IMG/VR virus record: IMGVR_UViG_3300021255_002910
Location: 16,088-80,087 of that record
DNA from: a virus
Taxonomy: Duplodnaviria; Heunggongvirae; Uroviricota; Caudoviricetes
Reading direction: 5' to 3' (one strand)
DNA length: 64,000 nt
Translations under genes and position numbers: made by a program
Notes under the pieces: model-generated
Told to the model about the DNA's origin: nothing
The model's input: only the letters and a program-made list of their open reading frames with translations
The model's database searches: none
In this document: one piece after another, positions 55,311 through 64,000 of the stretch
How the letters are laid out: each line of letters opens with the position of its first letter
Position numbering within the stretch: the stretch's first letter is position 1

Positions 55311-56624
55311 TTATAAATTATACTTCGATTTCAGTTCGTTTTCGTATCTCTTCCAGATAGCATCTTCCAGTTTTCCAAGGGTTGAGCACTTCTTGCCGTC
55401 CCATTTACCATCGTAGTGTGGCCAGCCTGCGGCTTCGGGCTCGTTTGTGTGAAAACTGATCTGCTCGCAGCCAGGCAGCTCATAGTACACAACATAGCGG
55501 GCAGCGGGAGCCGTTGATGCCTGTATGCCAAACACGACCGACATCTGCTTGCACTTGTCAGAAAGCTGACGCAGACACGCCTCCTTCTTGTCGTAAAAAT
55601 GGTAGTCGGAGTGGTATTTCTTCAGAGTCTTCTTGGCATTCAGGTTTACGCTCTCGGCCTCCAGTGCCAGACGATACATCTGCGCCACTTCGTCGCCATT
55701 TTTGATGCAGGCATTGAGAAACAACTTTACCCTGCGCTGGCCGATGCCGTGACAGAATGTGTCCTTGCGTTGCTCGTAGTCCTCCACTCTGCGCTCGGTA
55801 TCGCGGTATGCCTGTTCCTTGGCCGGGCTGCGGTAGCCCTGCACAAACCGTTCCCACTCACGCTCCTGGCGCATCAGCCGATTGTCTATTCTTGCCGCGT
55901 CATCATACTCTCCTGTTGGTTGGTAGGCGTCCACATAGACGGCGTTGATACTCTTTTTGTTGCCGTTCACCCAAAAACCGCGATAGAGTGTCACCCGTCG
56001 CATCCTGTTGTCGGTATAGATAGGAGCCAGTCCGTAGCGGTCGTGAATCAAGGCCACGGCTGCCTCGCCGACATGTATCTGTGAGTCAAAGCAGAACACG
56101 CGAGTCCAGTCCTCCGACATGATACCAAGGTTTTTGAAGATTTCACGCATGGCCGTGGCCACTTTCTGCTCATTGTCGTTCTGGTATTTGGCTATGTGTA
56201 CTTGCGGGAATTTCAGCCACGCGCTTTCATAGTCGGCGGCGTACAGCATCATTTCGGCAATCTTCATCGCCTGTGCGTCGGTCAGCACCCCATTCATTTC
56301 CTCGCACTCTACGAATGGCTTTGGCTCCTTTGTGCGAATTTTCTCAGGAATAACAATCGGAACCAGTTCCTTCGGTGGCTCCAGTCCGTAGTCAACGGTA
56401 AGGATGTTCCAGGCATTATCAACGTCCGTATAGCCGTGTCTTAGTGCAGACTTGCGTCCGATGCGGAATGTCACCTCCGGCATACCAGCTGCGTCGGCCA
56501 TACACTCGAACATCACAACCTTTACGCCGCCCTTCCAATAGAACTTCGCCTCCAGCCCGTGTCCGATTTGCAGCATGGCAATTCCTTGCGCCAAATCGTC
56601 CTTTGTTATTCTCGCCTTTGCCAT
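55311..56624 (-). CDS. hypothetical protein (437 aa)
   Basis: Long complete ORF. Confidence 0.55.
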   Translation of the reverse strand: MAKARITKDDLAQGIAMLQIGHGLEAKFYWKGGVKVVMFECMADAAGMPEVTFRIGRKSALRHGYTDVDNAWNILTVDYGLEPPKELVPIVIPEKIRTKEPKPFVECEEMNGVLTDAQAMKIAEMMLYAADYESAWLKFPQVHIAKYQNDNEQKVATAMREIFKNLGIMSEDWTRVFCFDSQIHVGEAAVALIHDRYGLAPIYTDNRMRRVTLYRGFWVNGNKKSINAVYVDAYQPTGEYDDAARIDNRLMRQEREWERFVQGYRSPAKEQAYRDTERRVEDYEQRKDTFCHGIGQRRVKLFLNACIKNGDEVAQMYRLALEAESVNLNAKKTLKKYHSDYHFYDKKEACLRQLSDKCKQMSVVFGIQASTAPAARYVVYYELPGCEQISFHTNEPEAAGWPHYDGKWDGKKCSTLGKLEDAIWKRYENELKSKYNL

Positions 56625-56698
56625 ATCTCAACCTCCTATATCTTTATTTAATTCTGAATACAATTTTTGTTTAATTTCCAGCTGTTATGCTCATCAAA

Positions 56699-57160
56699 TC
56701 ACACAAACGGCCAGCAGAAGCACAATATGCTTGAGTGATGAAATTCGTAGTTGAACTTCGTCACCTTACCATTGCTTGTGTTGATGGTGAGCCAATACTG
56801 ATAGTTCCAACTCCCAAGTTCCTGACCGTTAGGGCGCATCCACTGCGTCTTTTCGTAGGCGTATAGCTGTTTTTTGCCAGTGGTGGCATTCTTCTTGATG
56901 AAAATGTAGTAGCGGTGCATGCGGCCCGAGTAGTCACGGCAGTCATAGTAGCTCCGCATGTCGTTGTCGCACATGAACGCTTTCTCGGCCTTGCTCAGCC
57001 CACGAAGATCATACTCGCTATATCTGATACTCTCAAAGGTACGAATCCTGTTTTGTGCCTTTAGGATGCGTCCTCGATTGCCAGGTTCTGCGTCACACTT
57101 CCAGATAGCATCAATCACTCTTGACTCAAAGTTCTTTAGTTTCAGAAAATTCTTTGCCAT
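56699..57160 (-). CDS. hypothetical protein (153 aa)
   Basis: Complete ORF with the duplicated leader upstream. Confidence 0.5.
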   Translation of the reverse strand: MAKNFLKLKNFESRVIDAIWKCDAEPGNRGRILKAQNRIRTFESIRYSEYDLRGLSKAEKAFMCDNDMRSYYDCRDYSGRMHRYYIFIKKNATTGKKQLYAYEKTQWMRPNGQELGSWNYQYWLTINTSNGKVTKFNYEFHHSSILCFCWPFV

Positions 57161-57345
57161 AATCTCTGTGCCCTTCCGGGTCTTGGGTTTTATTGTTTAA
57201 CTGATTTCTGCTGCAAAGTTAAGCATTATTTTTGAAACTTGCAAGCGTCAATCAATTTATTTTGCTATTGATAGCCGAATATTAACACCTTTTATGATTT
57301 GAAAGCCGTTTGCGACAATCAAAGGAACTTTCTGCGGCAAACAAG
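57158..57345. repeat. duplicated promoter/leader region (copy 2)
   Basis: tttttgaaacttgcaagcgtcaatcaa...attaacaccttttatgatttgaaagccgtttgcgacaatcaaagg. Confidence 0.6.
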
Positions 57346-57383
57346 GGCACAGCAGCCCCATCGCTGCCGCGCCCTGTGGTTGG

Positions 57384-58277
57384 TCAGAAGGTGTAGGTGA
57401 TGGTACCGTCCCATTCGGTGTCGAGGATGATGCTGATGCCGCCGGACGATGGTGTGCCACCCTCGGTGCCTGTGCCTGTGTCGGAGAAGAGAGCACCCTG
57501 CCAGGTGGTGATCTTGTTGCGCGTCACGGGTATGTTGTCCATGACCACCTCGCCCACCTCGGAGCCTGATGCGTCGAGGGCGGTGACGGTGAGCTTCAGC
57601 ACGTCCTGCTGCTCATGGGGCATGGTGTAGAGTTCATAGACTGTGACGGGCATGTCCTGGTCGTTGGTGGTGTAGCGGTACTCCGTCTGCTTCGAGTTCA
57701 CGCAACCGTAGCCCGTGGCGGGGCTGAAAGTCGATGACCCGCCGGTGTAGTAGAACTTCAGACGGGTGATGTTGTGGGGCAGCGGATCGGTGAGCGTGAG
57801 GCGTAGCATGGCCACGCAGCGGGTCATCTCCAGCGTTTCCTCAATGGGGTCGGTGCCGACGGTGAGGGTGCCATAATAATAAAAGGTGTCGGTGAGTTTG
57901 TTGTTGGCGAAGGTCACTTTCTCCAGGCTGGTGATGGTGGCGTTGCCCTCGGCGGAGCTGTGCGCGATGGCCACTATCTTATAGGTTCCGGCCTGGAGGG
58001 TGAGGGCAGCAGTGCCGAAGCCCGCGTCCGTCTGCTTCTGGGTGATGGCCTTGGCCTTGGTGCCGTCGGCGGTGAAGATAGCTACGGAGAGGCGGGTGCA
58101 GACATCGGCGACGGCGGCGCGGGTGAAGCTGATCTGCTCGTAGGGGGAGAAATGGAGGGTGACGTTGGGATGGGCATCAGCGACAGAACCGCTGGCCGCT
58201 CTTTCCTCGTCGAAGATAGGCTTCTCGCAGGAGGCTGCGAGGAGAGCCAGGATGGAAATTAAAACAAGTTTTTTCAT
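57384..58277 (-). CDS. fimbrillin-family (FimA/Mfa-like) lipoprotein
   Basis: MKKLVLISILALLAASCEK lipobox. Ser/Thr-rich beta-rich protein typical of Bacteroidales fimbrial subunits. Confidence 0.5.
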   Translation of the reverse strand: MKKLVLISILALLAASCEKPIFDEERAASGSVADAHPNVTLHFSPYEQISFTRAAVADVCTRLSVAIFTADGTKAKAITQKQTDAGFGTAALTLQAGTYKIVAIAHSSAEGNATITSLEKVTFANNKLTDTFYYYGTLTVGTDPIEETLEMTRCVAMLRLTLTDPLPHNITRLKFYYTGGSSTFSPATGYGCVNSKQTEYRYTTNDQDMPVTVYELYTMPHEQQDVLKLTVTALDASGSEVGEVVMDNIPVTRNKITTWQGALFSDTGTGTEGGTPSSGGISIILDTEWDGTITYTF

Positions 58278-58406
58278 TGTTGTTTGAGTTCGCTTGCGCG
58301 AAGAAATTAAAAGAAAATTTTTAAGAAAATTGAAAGCCGCTTCGCGTCAGAAATTGATAATGCCTTTTTCTCTTAATTCTCTTTTAATTCCTTCGCATGG
58401 TTGTAA

Positions 58407-58829
58407 TTATAATAACTTCACTTTTTCTATGATTCCGTCATGGTGACGTTCATACCATTCAGAGTAGAAACTTGATGCACCGAAATTCAGCAGCATTCCG
58501 TATGGCTGGTGCGTCAGGTGCATGTAGTTCCAAAGCTGTTTACGGTGCTCAAAACTGACGTGCGACATTGCTTTCAACTCGCATATCACATTGCCGTTCA
58601 CAACGAGATCCATTCTGTACGTCTGGTCGAGCTGCACGTCATCCCAATAGATTGGCAGATGCACTTGCCGCTCTACCTTGATGCCCCGCAGTTCCAGCAG
58701 ATATTTCAGAGCCGCTTCATACGCGCTTTCCAACAGTCCGGGTTTGAACTTGGCGTGAACGCGCATGGCTTCGCCCGTGATGTCGGCAAAGAACTGGTAC
58801 TTTCTGTTATGTTCCTCTATCAAGTTCAT
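58407..58829 (-). CDS. GxxExxY-family protein
   Basis: ITGEAMRVH...GLLESAYEAALKYLL signature. The N-terminal extension of the track ORF is a translation of an intergenic repeat. Confidence 0.6.
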   Translation of the reverse strand: MNLIEEHNRKYQFFADITGEAMRVHAKFKPGLLESAYEAALKYLLELRGIKVERQVHLPIYWDDVQLDQTYRMDLVVNGNVICELKAMSHVSFEHRKQLWNYMHLTHQPYGMLLNFGASSFYSEWYERHHDGIIEKVKLL

Positions 58830-58930
58830 ATCACATTTCTGGCTCGCAGAGCCTTTTAATTTTCTTAAAAATTTTCTTTTAATTTCTTCGACGAGCGAAG
58901 CGAGTTGAACTCGATTACTCGCGTAGCGAC

Positions 58931-59842
58931 TCACCACTCCCCGTTATACTCCTCGTCCCACGCGCCATCGAGGGCAAGCGTGAAGCCGCTGTCGATGTTG
59001 AAGAGGTTGCCCTTGTAGGCCGTCACGCGGTTGGCCTTGAAAGGCGCGTTGCGGATGACCGTCTGCCCCAGGATGTTGTCGTCGCCGTCGGTGGCCGTCA
59101 CGGTGATGTCGGCCTGCCACTCGTCGGCGCTGGAGAGGCCGAAGAACGACACGCTCTGGTTCTTCTGTCCGGCGCAGGACGATGGCACACTGATGGGCAC
59201 TGCCTGCTGCTGTGCGCCCGTGGGCGAGCCGTTGGTGTAGTCGATGGCGTAGAACCAATTCGAGGGTTCGAGCGAAATGGTGGCGATGTCGGTGGGCAGC
59301 GCGTCCTGAATGGTAATGGATAGCTTGGTGGTCACGCGGTGCAGGGTGACGGTCTGCGTGGCGGCGGTGTTTTCGTCAACGGTGAGCGTCACGGCTTGCC
59401 AGAAGGTGTCCGAGGGTGTGCCCCAGGTGATGGTGTGCTCGGTGGTGGAGAGCACCGGCTGCTTGCCACGAGAGGCCACGAAGTAGAGCGTGTGGCTGCC
59501 TTGTGGGAGAGAGAGCGATGGTGTGCCGAAGTCCGGGTCGGCGGTCTGCTGGTGCAGCTGCTGCTTCAGAGTTCCGTCCTGATAGTCGAGCAGCCAAAGG
59601 TCGGTCATATCCTTGCCGTCGGCGGAAAGAGAGGCGCGGGTTATCCCGCTGGGAGAACCAACGGGCACACTACCGCTGCGGGTAGTGGCGGCATCGGAAT
59701 GGAAGTCGCCGTTGACGGTGAAGGTGATGCGGGTGCGGTCGGTGCCGTCGTAGGTGGTCATGTCCTCGTCGGTGAGGATGGTCTTCTCACAGGCTGTGAG
59801 CACCACTGCGATGCCCATCAGCAGAAATAGGTTTTTCTTCAT
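58931..59842 (-). CDS. fimbrillin-family lipoprotein
   Basis: MKKNLFLLMGIAVVLTACEK lipobox and similar architecture. Confidence 0.5.
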   Translation of the reverse strand: MKKNLFLLMGIAVVLTACEKTILTDEDMTTYDGTDRTRITFTVNGDFHSDAATTRSGSVPVGSPSGITRASLSADGKDMTDLWLLDYQDGTLKQQLHQQTADPDFGTPSLSLPQGSHTLYFVASRGKQPVLSTTEHTITWGTPSDTFWQAVTLTVDENTAATQTVTLHRVTTKLSITIQDALPTDIATISLEPSNWFYAIDYTNGSPTGAQQQAVPISVPSSCAGQKNQSVSFFGLSSADEWQADITVTATDGDDNILGQTVIRNAPFKANRVTAYKGNLFNIDSGFTLALDGAWDEEYNGEW

Positions 59843-60091
59843 AGTTGTAATGTTTTTAGTTTGTTAATAATGTCGCCCTTGCGGGCGTTGTTTTTTTGTT
59901 TTGGAGTCGCTAACGCGAAAAATTATATAAAAATTAAGAAGAAAAATTATATAAAAATTCTTGGCTTATTGCAGATAATGAAAAACTTTTCTTGGCTTTT
60001 CAGCAGCTTTGCAAGTATTTTTTTTATTTTAGGCTCGAAGAGCCCTTTAATTTTTGAACATAATTTTTATATAATTTTTCGCGTTAGCGAC

Positions 60092-61003
60092 TCACTTCAC
60101 CATTCCGCTCGTGGCCAGTCCTATCAGTCCCATCGGGATAAGCAGGCCAGTCTCGTAGATGACCACACAAGCCACGACCGATGCGACGGCAACGGCCAGC
60201 GGCTTCAGCCAGCGGCGGCCTGTCGGTTTGCTCCTTGCTGTCGCAGGCTGTGCCGATTCGTCGGTACGGTGGTCTATGTCGGGGCGCTGCCCGTCGGAAA
60301 CACGACGGGGACGGCTGTGGTGCAGCTGGCGTTGTAATTCGCGCTCCGCTTGCAGTCGGGCGTTTTCCCGGCGCAGGGCTTCCAGCTCGGCCTGCATCTG
60401 GGCAAGGGGCGATGGGGTAGGGGCTTCTTCTTGCGGCTCTTGCGGTTCTTGCGACTCCTGCGGGAAAACCGCAGGGCACACTTCCGGCTGTTCCTGCTCG
60501 GCTGGCTCGGCTGGCTCGACGGCGGGGACAGCCACCTCGGTCTCAGGCTTTGCCGGCTGGTCTGCCTGCCGCTCCAGCAAGTGCATGTCCTTCGGGAAGA
60601 GGGCTATCCAACTCTCCTCAGTGCGAGTGATTTTGCAGGGCGGCACCACGGCGGGCAGCACGTCGTCCAGGCGCAAGCCACGGCGCCAGTAGTCGCCGGC
60701 CTTGTGCCACACCTCCATGAGAGCGGGATGTTTCTCGCCGCTCTTGTTTGGGTAGAGGGCGGCATTACCACGGGGGTTGCGCTCGCCGAGCGTAGCGTCC
60801 CATTGACGGCGCAGGGCCTCGCGGGTCTCGCGGAAGCCGACGGTCTCGCATGCCTGCCACTTCTGATAGACCTGCTCCAGATAGCCGTCCACGTCGAATG
60901 GATGCTGCAAGGCGTAGTCGCTCGTCATGCGATCCACGAAGAACACCTCGCCCGTCGTGGGCATCCGCTTCTCGATATTGGTGGTGAAATTGTATTGTGT
61001 CAT
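60092..61003 (-). CDS. hypothetical protein with Pro/Glu/Gln-rich linker and C-terminal TM
   Basis: ATG (MTQYNF) follows the AT-triplet plus GCCCGTAGGGC hairpin unit. Confidence 0.5.
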   Translation of the reverse strand: MTQYNFTTNIEKRMPTTGEVFFVDRMTSDYALQHPFDVDGYLEQVYQKWQACETVGFRETREALRRQWDATLGERNPRGNAALYPNKSGEKHPALMEVWHKAGDYWRRGLRLDDVLPAVVPPCKITRTEESWIALFPKDMHLLERQADQPAKPETEVAVPAVEPAEPAEQEQPEVCPAVFPQESQEPQEPQEEAPTPSPLAQMQAELEALRRENARLQAERELQRQLHHSRPRRVSDGQRPDIDHRTDESAQPATARSKPTGRRWLKPLAVAVASVVACVVIYETGLLIPMGLIGLATSGMVK

Positions 61004-61335
61004 TGTCTTGTATTTTTTTGAGTGCCCTACGGGCAAAAATTATATAAAAATTAGTTTCAAAAATTCTTGCTTAGGCAAGCGTCACCTTGACGGGATGCCG
61101 AGCGATTCAAAAATTCTTCTCGCTCTAAAATACGATGTCGAGGGCCTGCTGGCAGAAGTACACCGTCATGGGGTTGTACGTTGCTGCCACGATGCGCCAT
61201 TGTGCGCGGTTGATGTTGCGGCGGTGGCGGGCCGATGTGTTACGGCGGATATGTGTCATTGTCTGAATCTCCTATAATTTTTGAACTTAATTTTTGAATT
61301 TAATTTTTGATTAATTTTTCGGCGAAGCCGACTCC

Positions 61336-61593
61336 CTAATAATATAAGAAGATGTAGATGGCGAAGCCGACGGCCCAGCCGCCTATCCAGAGGTTTGTCA
61401 GCGCGGGGTGGCGGTCGATGAACTGTGCCATGCGGCGGTATGCCTTCAGTTGCTTGCGGTAAATCACTGGAGCTGTCAGGTGGCGGAAGCGGATGCTGAT
61501 GCCCTCCACTTCGTTGGCGAACTCGTTGCAGGTGCTCGTCGGCTGAATAGTCTCAACGTCCGAAGCATTGTAGATGATTGTTGTCTGTGCCAT
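61336..61593 (-). CDS. small membrane protein
   Basis: Start MAQTTIIY; C-terminal TM GGWAVGFAIYIFLYY. Confidence 0.45.
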   Translation of the reverse strand: MAQTTIIYNASDVETIQPTSTCNEFANEVEGISIRFRHLTAPVIYRKQLKAYRRMAQFIDRHPALTNLWIGGWAVGFAIYIFLYY

Positions 61594-61653
61594 AATCTTT
61601 AATGTTTTATTGTTTCTGAGTGCAAAGTTACGGAAAATAAGTGAAATAAGCAA

Positions 61654-61775
61654 GAAAATAAACGAAAAGTTTAGGAAAATAAGCGCATTTAACGATTATT
61701 AGCAGAAAATAGGCTTAAAAGTTACAGAAAATAGGTAATTTTGCACCCAAACTTAGAACGAAACGAACAGAAACG
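61654..61775. promoter_or_regulatory. divergent promoter region with six GAAAATAAG/GAAAATAGG repeats
   Basis: acggaaaataagtgaaataagcaagaaaataaacg...ggaaaataagcg...cagaaaataggc...cagaaaataggt. Confidence 0.5.
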
Positions 61776-62048
61776 ATGGAAGTATTTATCAAGCGCGAGA
61801 TGCAGCGTAAAGGCATCAACAACCGTCAGTTGGCCGCTGCCCTCGGTGTAGGCGACAGCTATGCCAGCGGCATCAGCCGGGGCGACAAGAATCTCTCCAT
61901 GAACACGCTGCAGCAGGTGGCCGACGTGTTGCAGGTGCCTGTATGGCGGTTGCTCGCCCCTGAAGAAGTGGCCGATGCACCATCTACCCACTCGTCGGCC
62001 ATTATCTGCCCGCAGTGCGGTCACGAAATCAAAATCAAGGTAGAGTAG
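61776..62048 (+). CDS. XRE-family HTH regulator with C-terminal zinc-ribbon-like CPQCGH
   Basis: LAAALGVGDSYASGISRG...LSMNTLQQVADVLQVPVWRLL. Confidence 0.65.
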   Translation: MEVFIKREMQRKGINNRQLAAALGVGDSYASGISRGDKNLSMNTLQQVADVLQVPVWRLLAPEEVADAPSTHSSAIICPQCGHEIKIKVE

Positions 62049-62220
62049 TTCTTAAACACGAATGGCCACGAATGCCCCACGAATTATCCATATAATTTTT
62101 CAGGCGTAGAATAATTACATGAGAAATTATATGGGCAATTACTGGTAATTACATGTAAAAAAAGGCGGCAACAGTCCTTGTGGGATTGCTGCCGCCTGAT
62201 GTCTTCTCCGCCCCCGGAGC

Positions 62221-62640
62221 TCACACCTCCACGAAGTCGATGCTCCTGCCGAGGGCGGTGGCTATCTGTGCCAGCGTGTCGAGCCCTACGCTGTATCGGC
62301 CTGTCTCGATGCGGGCGATATGCGCCTGGGCAATGCCGCACCGCTCGGCCAGCTGAGCCTGCGTCATGTTCTGCTCCTTGCGCAGAATGGTTATGCGGCG
62401 GCCTATGCGCTTGCGCTCCTCTATCTCGTCGAAGATACGGTTGGCTACCAGGTTGATCCACTCTCCGTTGTCGCTCACCAGGCAGTCAACAACGGTGTAC
62501 TGCTTGCCGTCAACCTCCACTTCCGCGTTGCCTACGTCGAAGTTGAAGCGCAGTAGCGGAAAGTTATGGGTGAAGGGCAGGGTGATGTAGTACACGTCAC
62601 CCTCCCGCTTGATTTTTGTGTAATTGTCAAGTAAAATCAT
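62221..62640 (-). CDS. XRE-family HTH regulator (HTH in the C-terminal half)
   Basis: MTQAQLAERCGIAQAHIARIETGRYSVGLDTLAQIATALG. Confidence 0.6.
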   Translation of the reverse strand: MILLDNYTKIKREGDVYYITLPFTHNFPLLRFNFDVGNAEVEVDGKQYTVVDCLVSDNGEWINLVANRIFDEIEERKRIGRRITILRKEQNMTQAQLAERCGIAQAHIARIETGRYSVGLDTLAQIATALGRSIDFVEV

Positions 62641-62653
62641 TTTGTATTATAAA

Positions 62654-63094
62654 TTAACTTAATCTAAAATTTTCAATAAGATAGTTCTGAAATTCGTCCT
62701 CGTCTTTACTTTCTTTCATCTTGTTGAATAACTCTTCGCTGTCTATTTCTTCCTCTACCTTATCCCAATCTATATCAATGGAATATTCATTGCAAACTTC
62801 TTCAAATTCAAAAAATTCAACTCGCGCATCAGCCCAAATCTCATAATGTGCTCTCATCCAAGAAATGGCGTCTCCATCTTCCGCATAGTTGAAAATACAA
62901 GAATCATCAAAAGGTTCGAATGTTAGATATGCGACGTTATCTTCATCTTCAAGTTCGTCAATAACCTGCCAGATACTCCCATCATCAGCAATAGCGTGCA
63001 TGCCGTCGAAGAAGATGATAAATTCACGCGAACTGGCAGGATCTGAAAGACCGTAATGCCCGTCTCTCGTCTTGTAAGCTGTAATCGTTTTCAT
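62654..63094 (-). CDS. highly acidic hypothetical protein (146 aa), low GC
   Basis: Complete ORF with D/E-rich composition; GC about 40% against about 58% in the window. Confidence 0.5.
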   Translation of the reverse strand: MKTITAYKTRDGHYGLSDPASSREFIIFFDGMHAIADDGSIWQVIDELEDEDNVAYLTFEPFDDSCIFNYAEDGDAISWMRAHYEIWADARVEFFEFEEVCNEYSIDIDWDKVEEEIDSEELFNKMKESKDEDEFQNYLIENFRLS

Positions 63095-63161
63095 AATTTT
63101 TTTCGCCGCTGTTTCCCGTTGCCGCCGGTGTTCTAAGTTTGATGATTAGGACAAAGGGAGT

Positions 63162-63845
63162 TTATTCCTTTGCTTTTTTGAAATATATATCCTCATAGTC
63201 AAAAGGTTCGCTGCCATGATAGTGAATCATAACGGTCGCACCGAACCATTTCGCAATCTCTTCTGCTGTCAGATGACAAGTATTTTTGTCGTAAACGTCT
63301 TGCGCGAAAGGACTGTCAAACTCGATAAGATTACCATTATCGACAGCGATTTGTTTATATCCTTCGCTCTCAAGTCTGCTCCTCGCGTCGTCTATCCTTG
63401 AGCTGATTAGTTCGCTGTCAGTGCAATGCGGAAATTCCTCACGCTCTGCATTTATCACCTCGTCATCAAGGCAGATGCGTTTTTCAAAATCGCACTCTTC
63501 AGCATAGTCGGAAATGTCGTCTTGAATGCTCTCTATATATTCGTCAATGGCGTTGCTTTTTGCGTCGTTAAAAGCCCGCTCGAAGTCTGCCCGTGTGCCA
63601 TCGTTCAGGACGAACTTATGACCGATGATGGTGTCGATGCCATCGCCTACTTTCACGTCCTCGTCGTTCCAAATTTCCATCCACTCCTGGAAATAGTCTT
63701 CCATCGTGCATGCTTCATACCAGTCATGGTAGTCGCTGTCATGCGGGTCAAGAGCCTTCATCGACTCATAGACCATTCTCTCCATATAGTCGCGGAGCTC
63801 TTGGAACTCTATCCCGTTAATGTTCTCGGTAATAATGTTTGCCAT
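63162..63845 (-). CDS. highly acidic hypothetical protein (227 aa), low GC
   Basis: Complete ORF. It shares a 45-nt upstream leader with the previous gene. Confidence 0.5.
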   Translation of the reverse strand: MANIITENINGIEFQELRDYMERMVYESMKALDPHDSDYHDWYEACTMEDYFQEWMEIWNDEDVKVGDGIDTIIGHKFVLNDGTRADFERAFNDAKSNAIDEYIESIQDDISDYAEECDFEKRICLDDEVINAEREEFPHCTDSELISSRIDDARSRLESEGYKQIAVDNGNLIEFDSPFAQDVYDKNTCHLTAEEIAKWFGATVMIHYHGSEPFDYEDIYFKKAKE

Positions 63846-64000
63846 AATTCTGTGCCGCTGTTTTCCGTTGCCGCCGGTGTTCTAAGTTTGACTTTAAGTT
63901 TGATGTTGCAAAGGTAAGCATTATTTTTGAATATACCAAATAAATCATTAAGAAATATATCAAATATATCATTATTTAACATTTCAAGGGCAGAAAAGGG

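Noticed and set aside
1-64000. Integrase or recombinase marking element ends
   Set aside because: No tyrosine- or serine-recombinase-like ORF was recognised anywhere in the window (no R..HxxR..Y or resolvase S-R motifs in long ORFs). Integration status therefore cannot be decided from this window.

Overview
This window is a gene-dense, GC-rich (about 58%) Bacteroidales-type segment in which almost every gene is on the minus strand. Bacteroidales origin is inferred from a Bacteroidetes-type HU-like protein, DUF4406 and DUF3310 proteins, GxxExxY and fimbrillin-family lipoproteins, and -33/-7-like AT-rich promoters. Three zones are visible. (1) 1-49.2 kb is a phage-like early and DNA-metabolism region: a ClpP/S49-family peptidase runs off the left end, followed by two DNA methyltransferases, three radical-SAM proteins, a frameshifted PAPS-reductase/PP-loop gene, MazG, HU, DUF3310, DUF4406, a DnaN-like sliding clamp, an SSB-like protein, YopX, an acyl carrier protein, an SPFH protein and an HNH-sigma fusion. 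This zone ends at a divergent XRE repressor-like switch. (2) 49.4-53.6 kb is a plasmid-type module: Rep, an iteron origin with inverted iteron sets, an RHH/ParG-like protein, ParA, then an initiator-like tRNA-Met. (3) 53.6-64 kb starts with an AT-rich junction and carries accessory genes: RHH and XRE regulators, fimbrillin-like lipoproteins, a GxxExxY protein and acidic low-GC proteins. The window is saturated with modular intergenic repeats (phased TAATTTTTGAA triplets plus GNRA hairpins, a perfectly conserved 51-nt leader with alternative hairpins, and several other families). It also holds a cassette flanked by a duplicated methyltransferase 3-prime end, an array of small paralogous ORFs (one nested inside the methyltransferase gene), several frameshifts at G/C homopolymers, and an unusual conserved Shine-Dalgarno/stop coupling motif. 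No integrase, terminase, capsid, rRNA or CRISPR array is present in the window.
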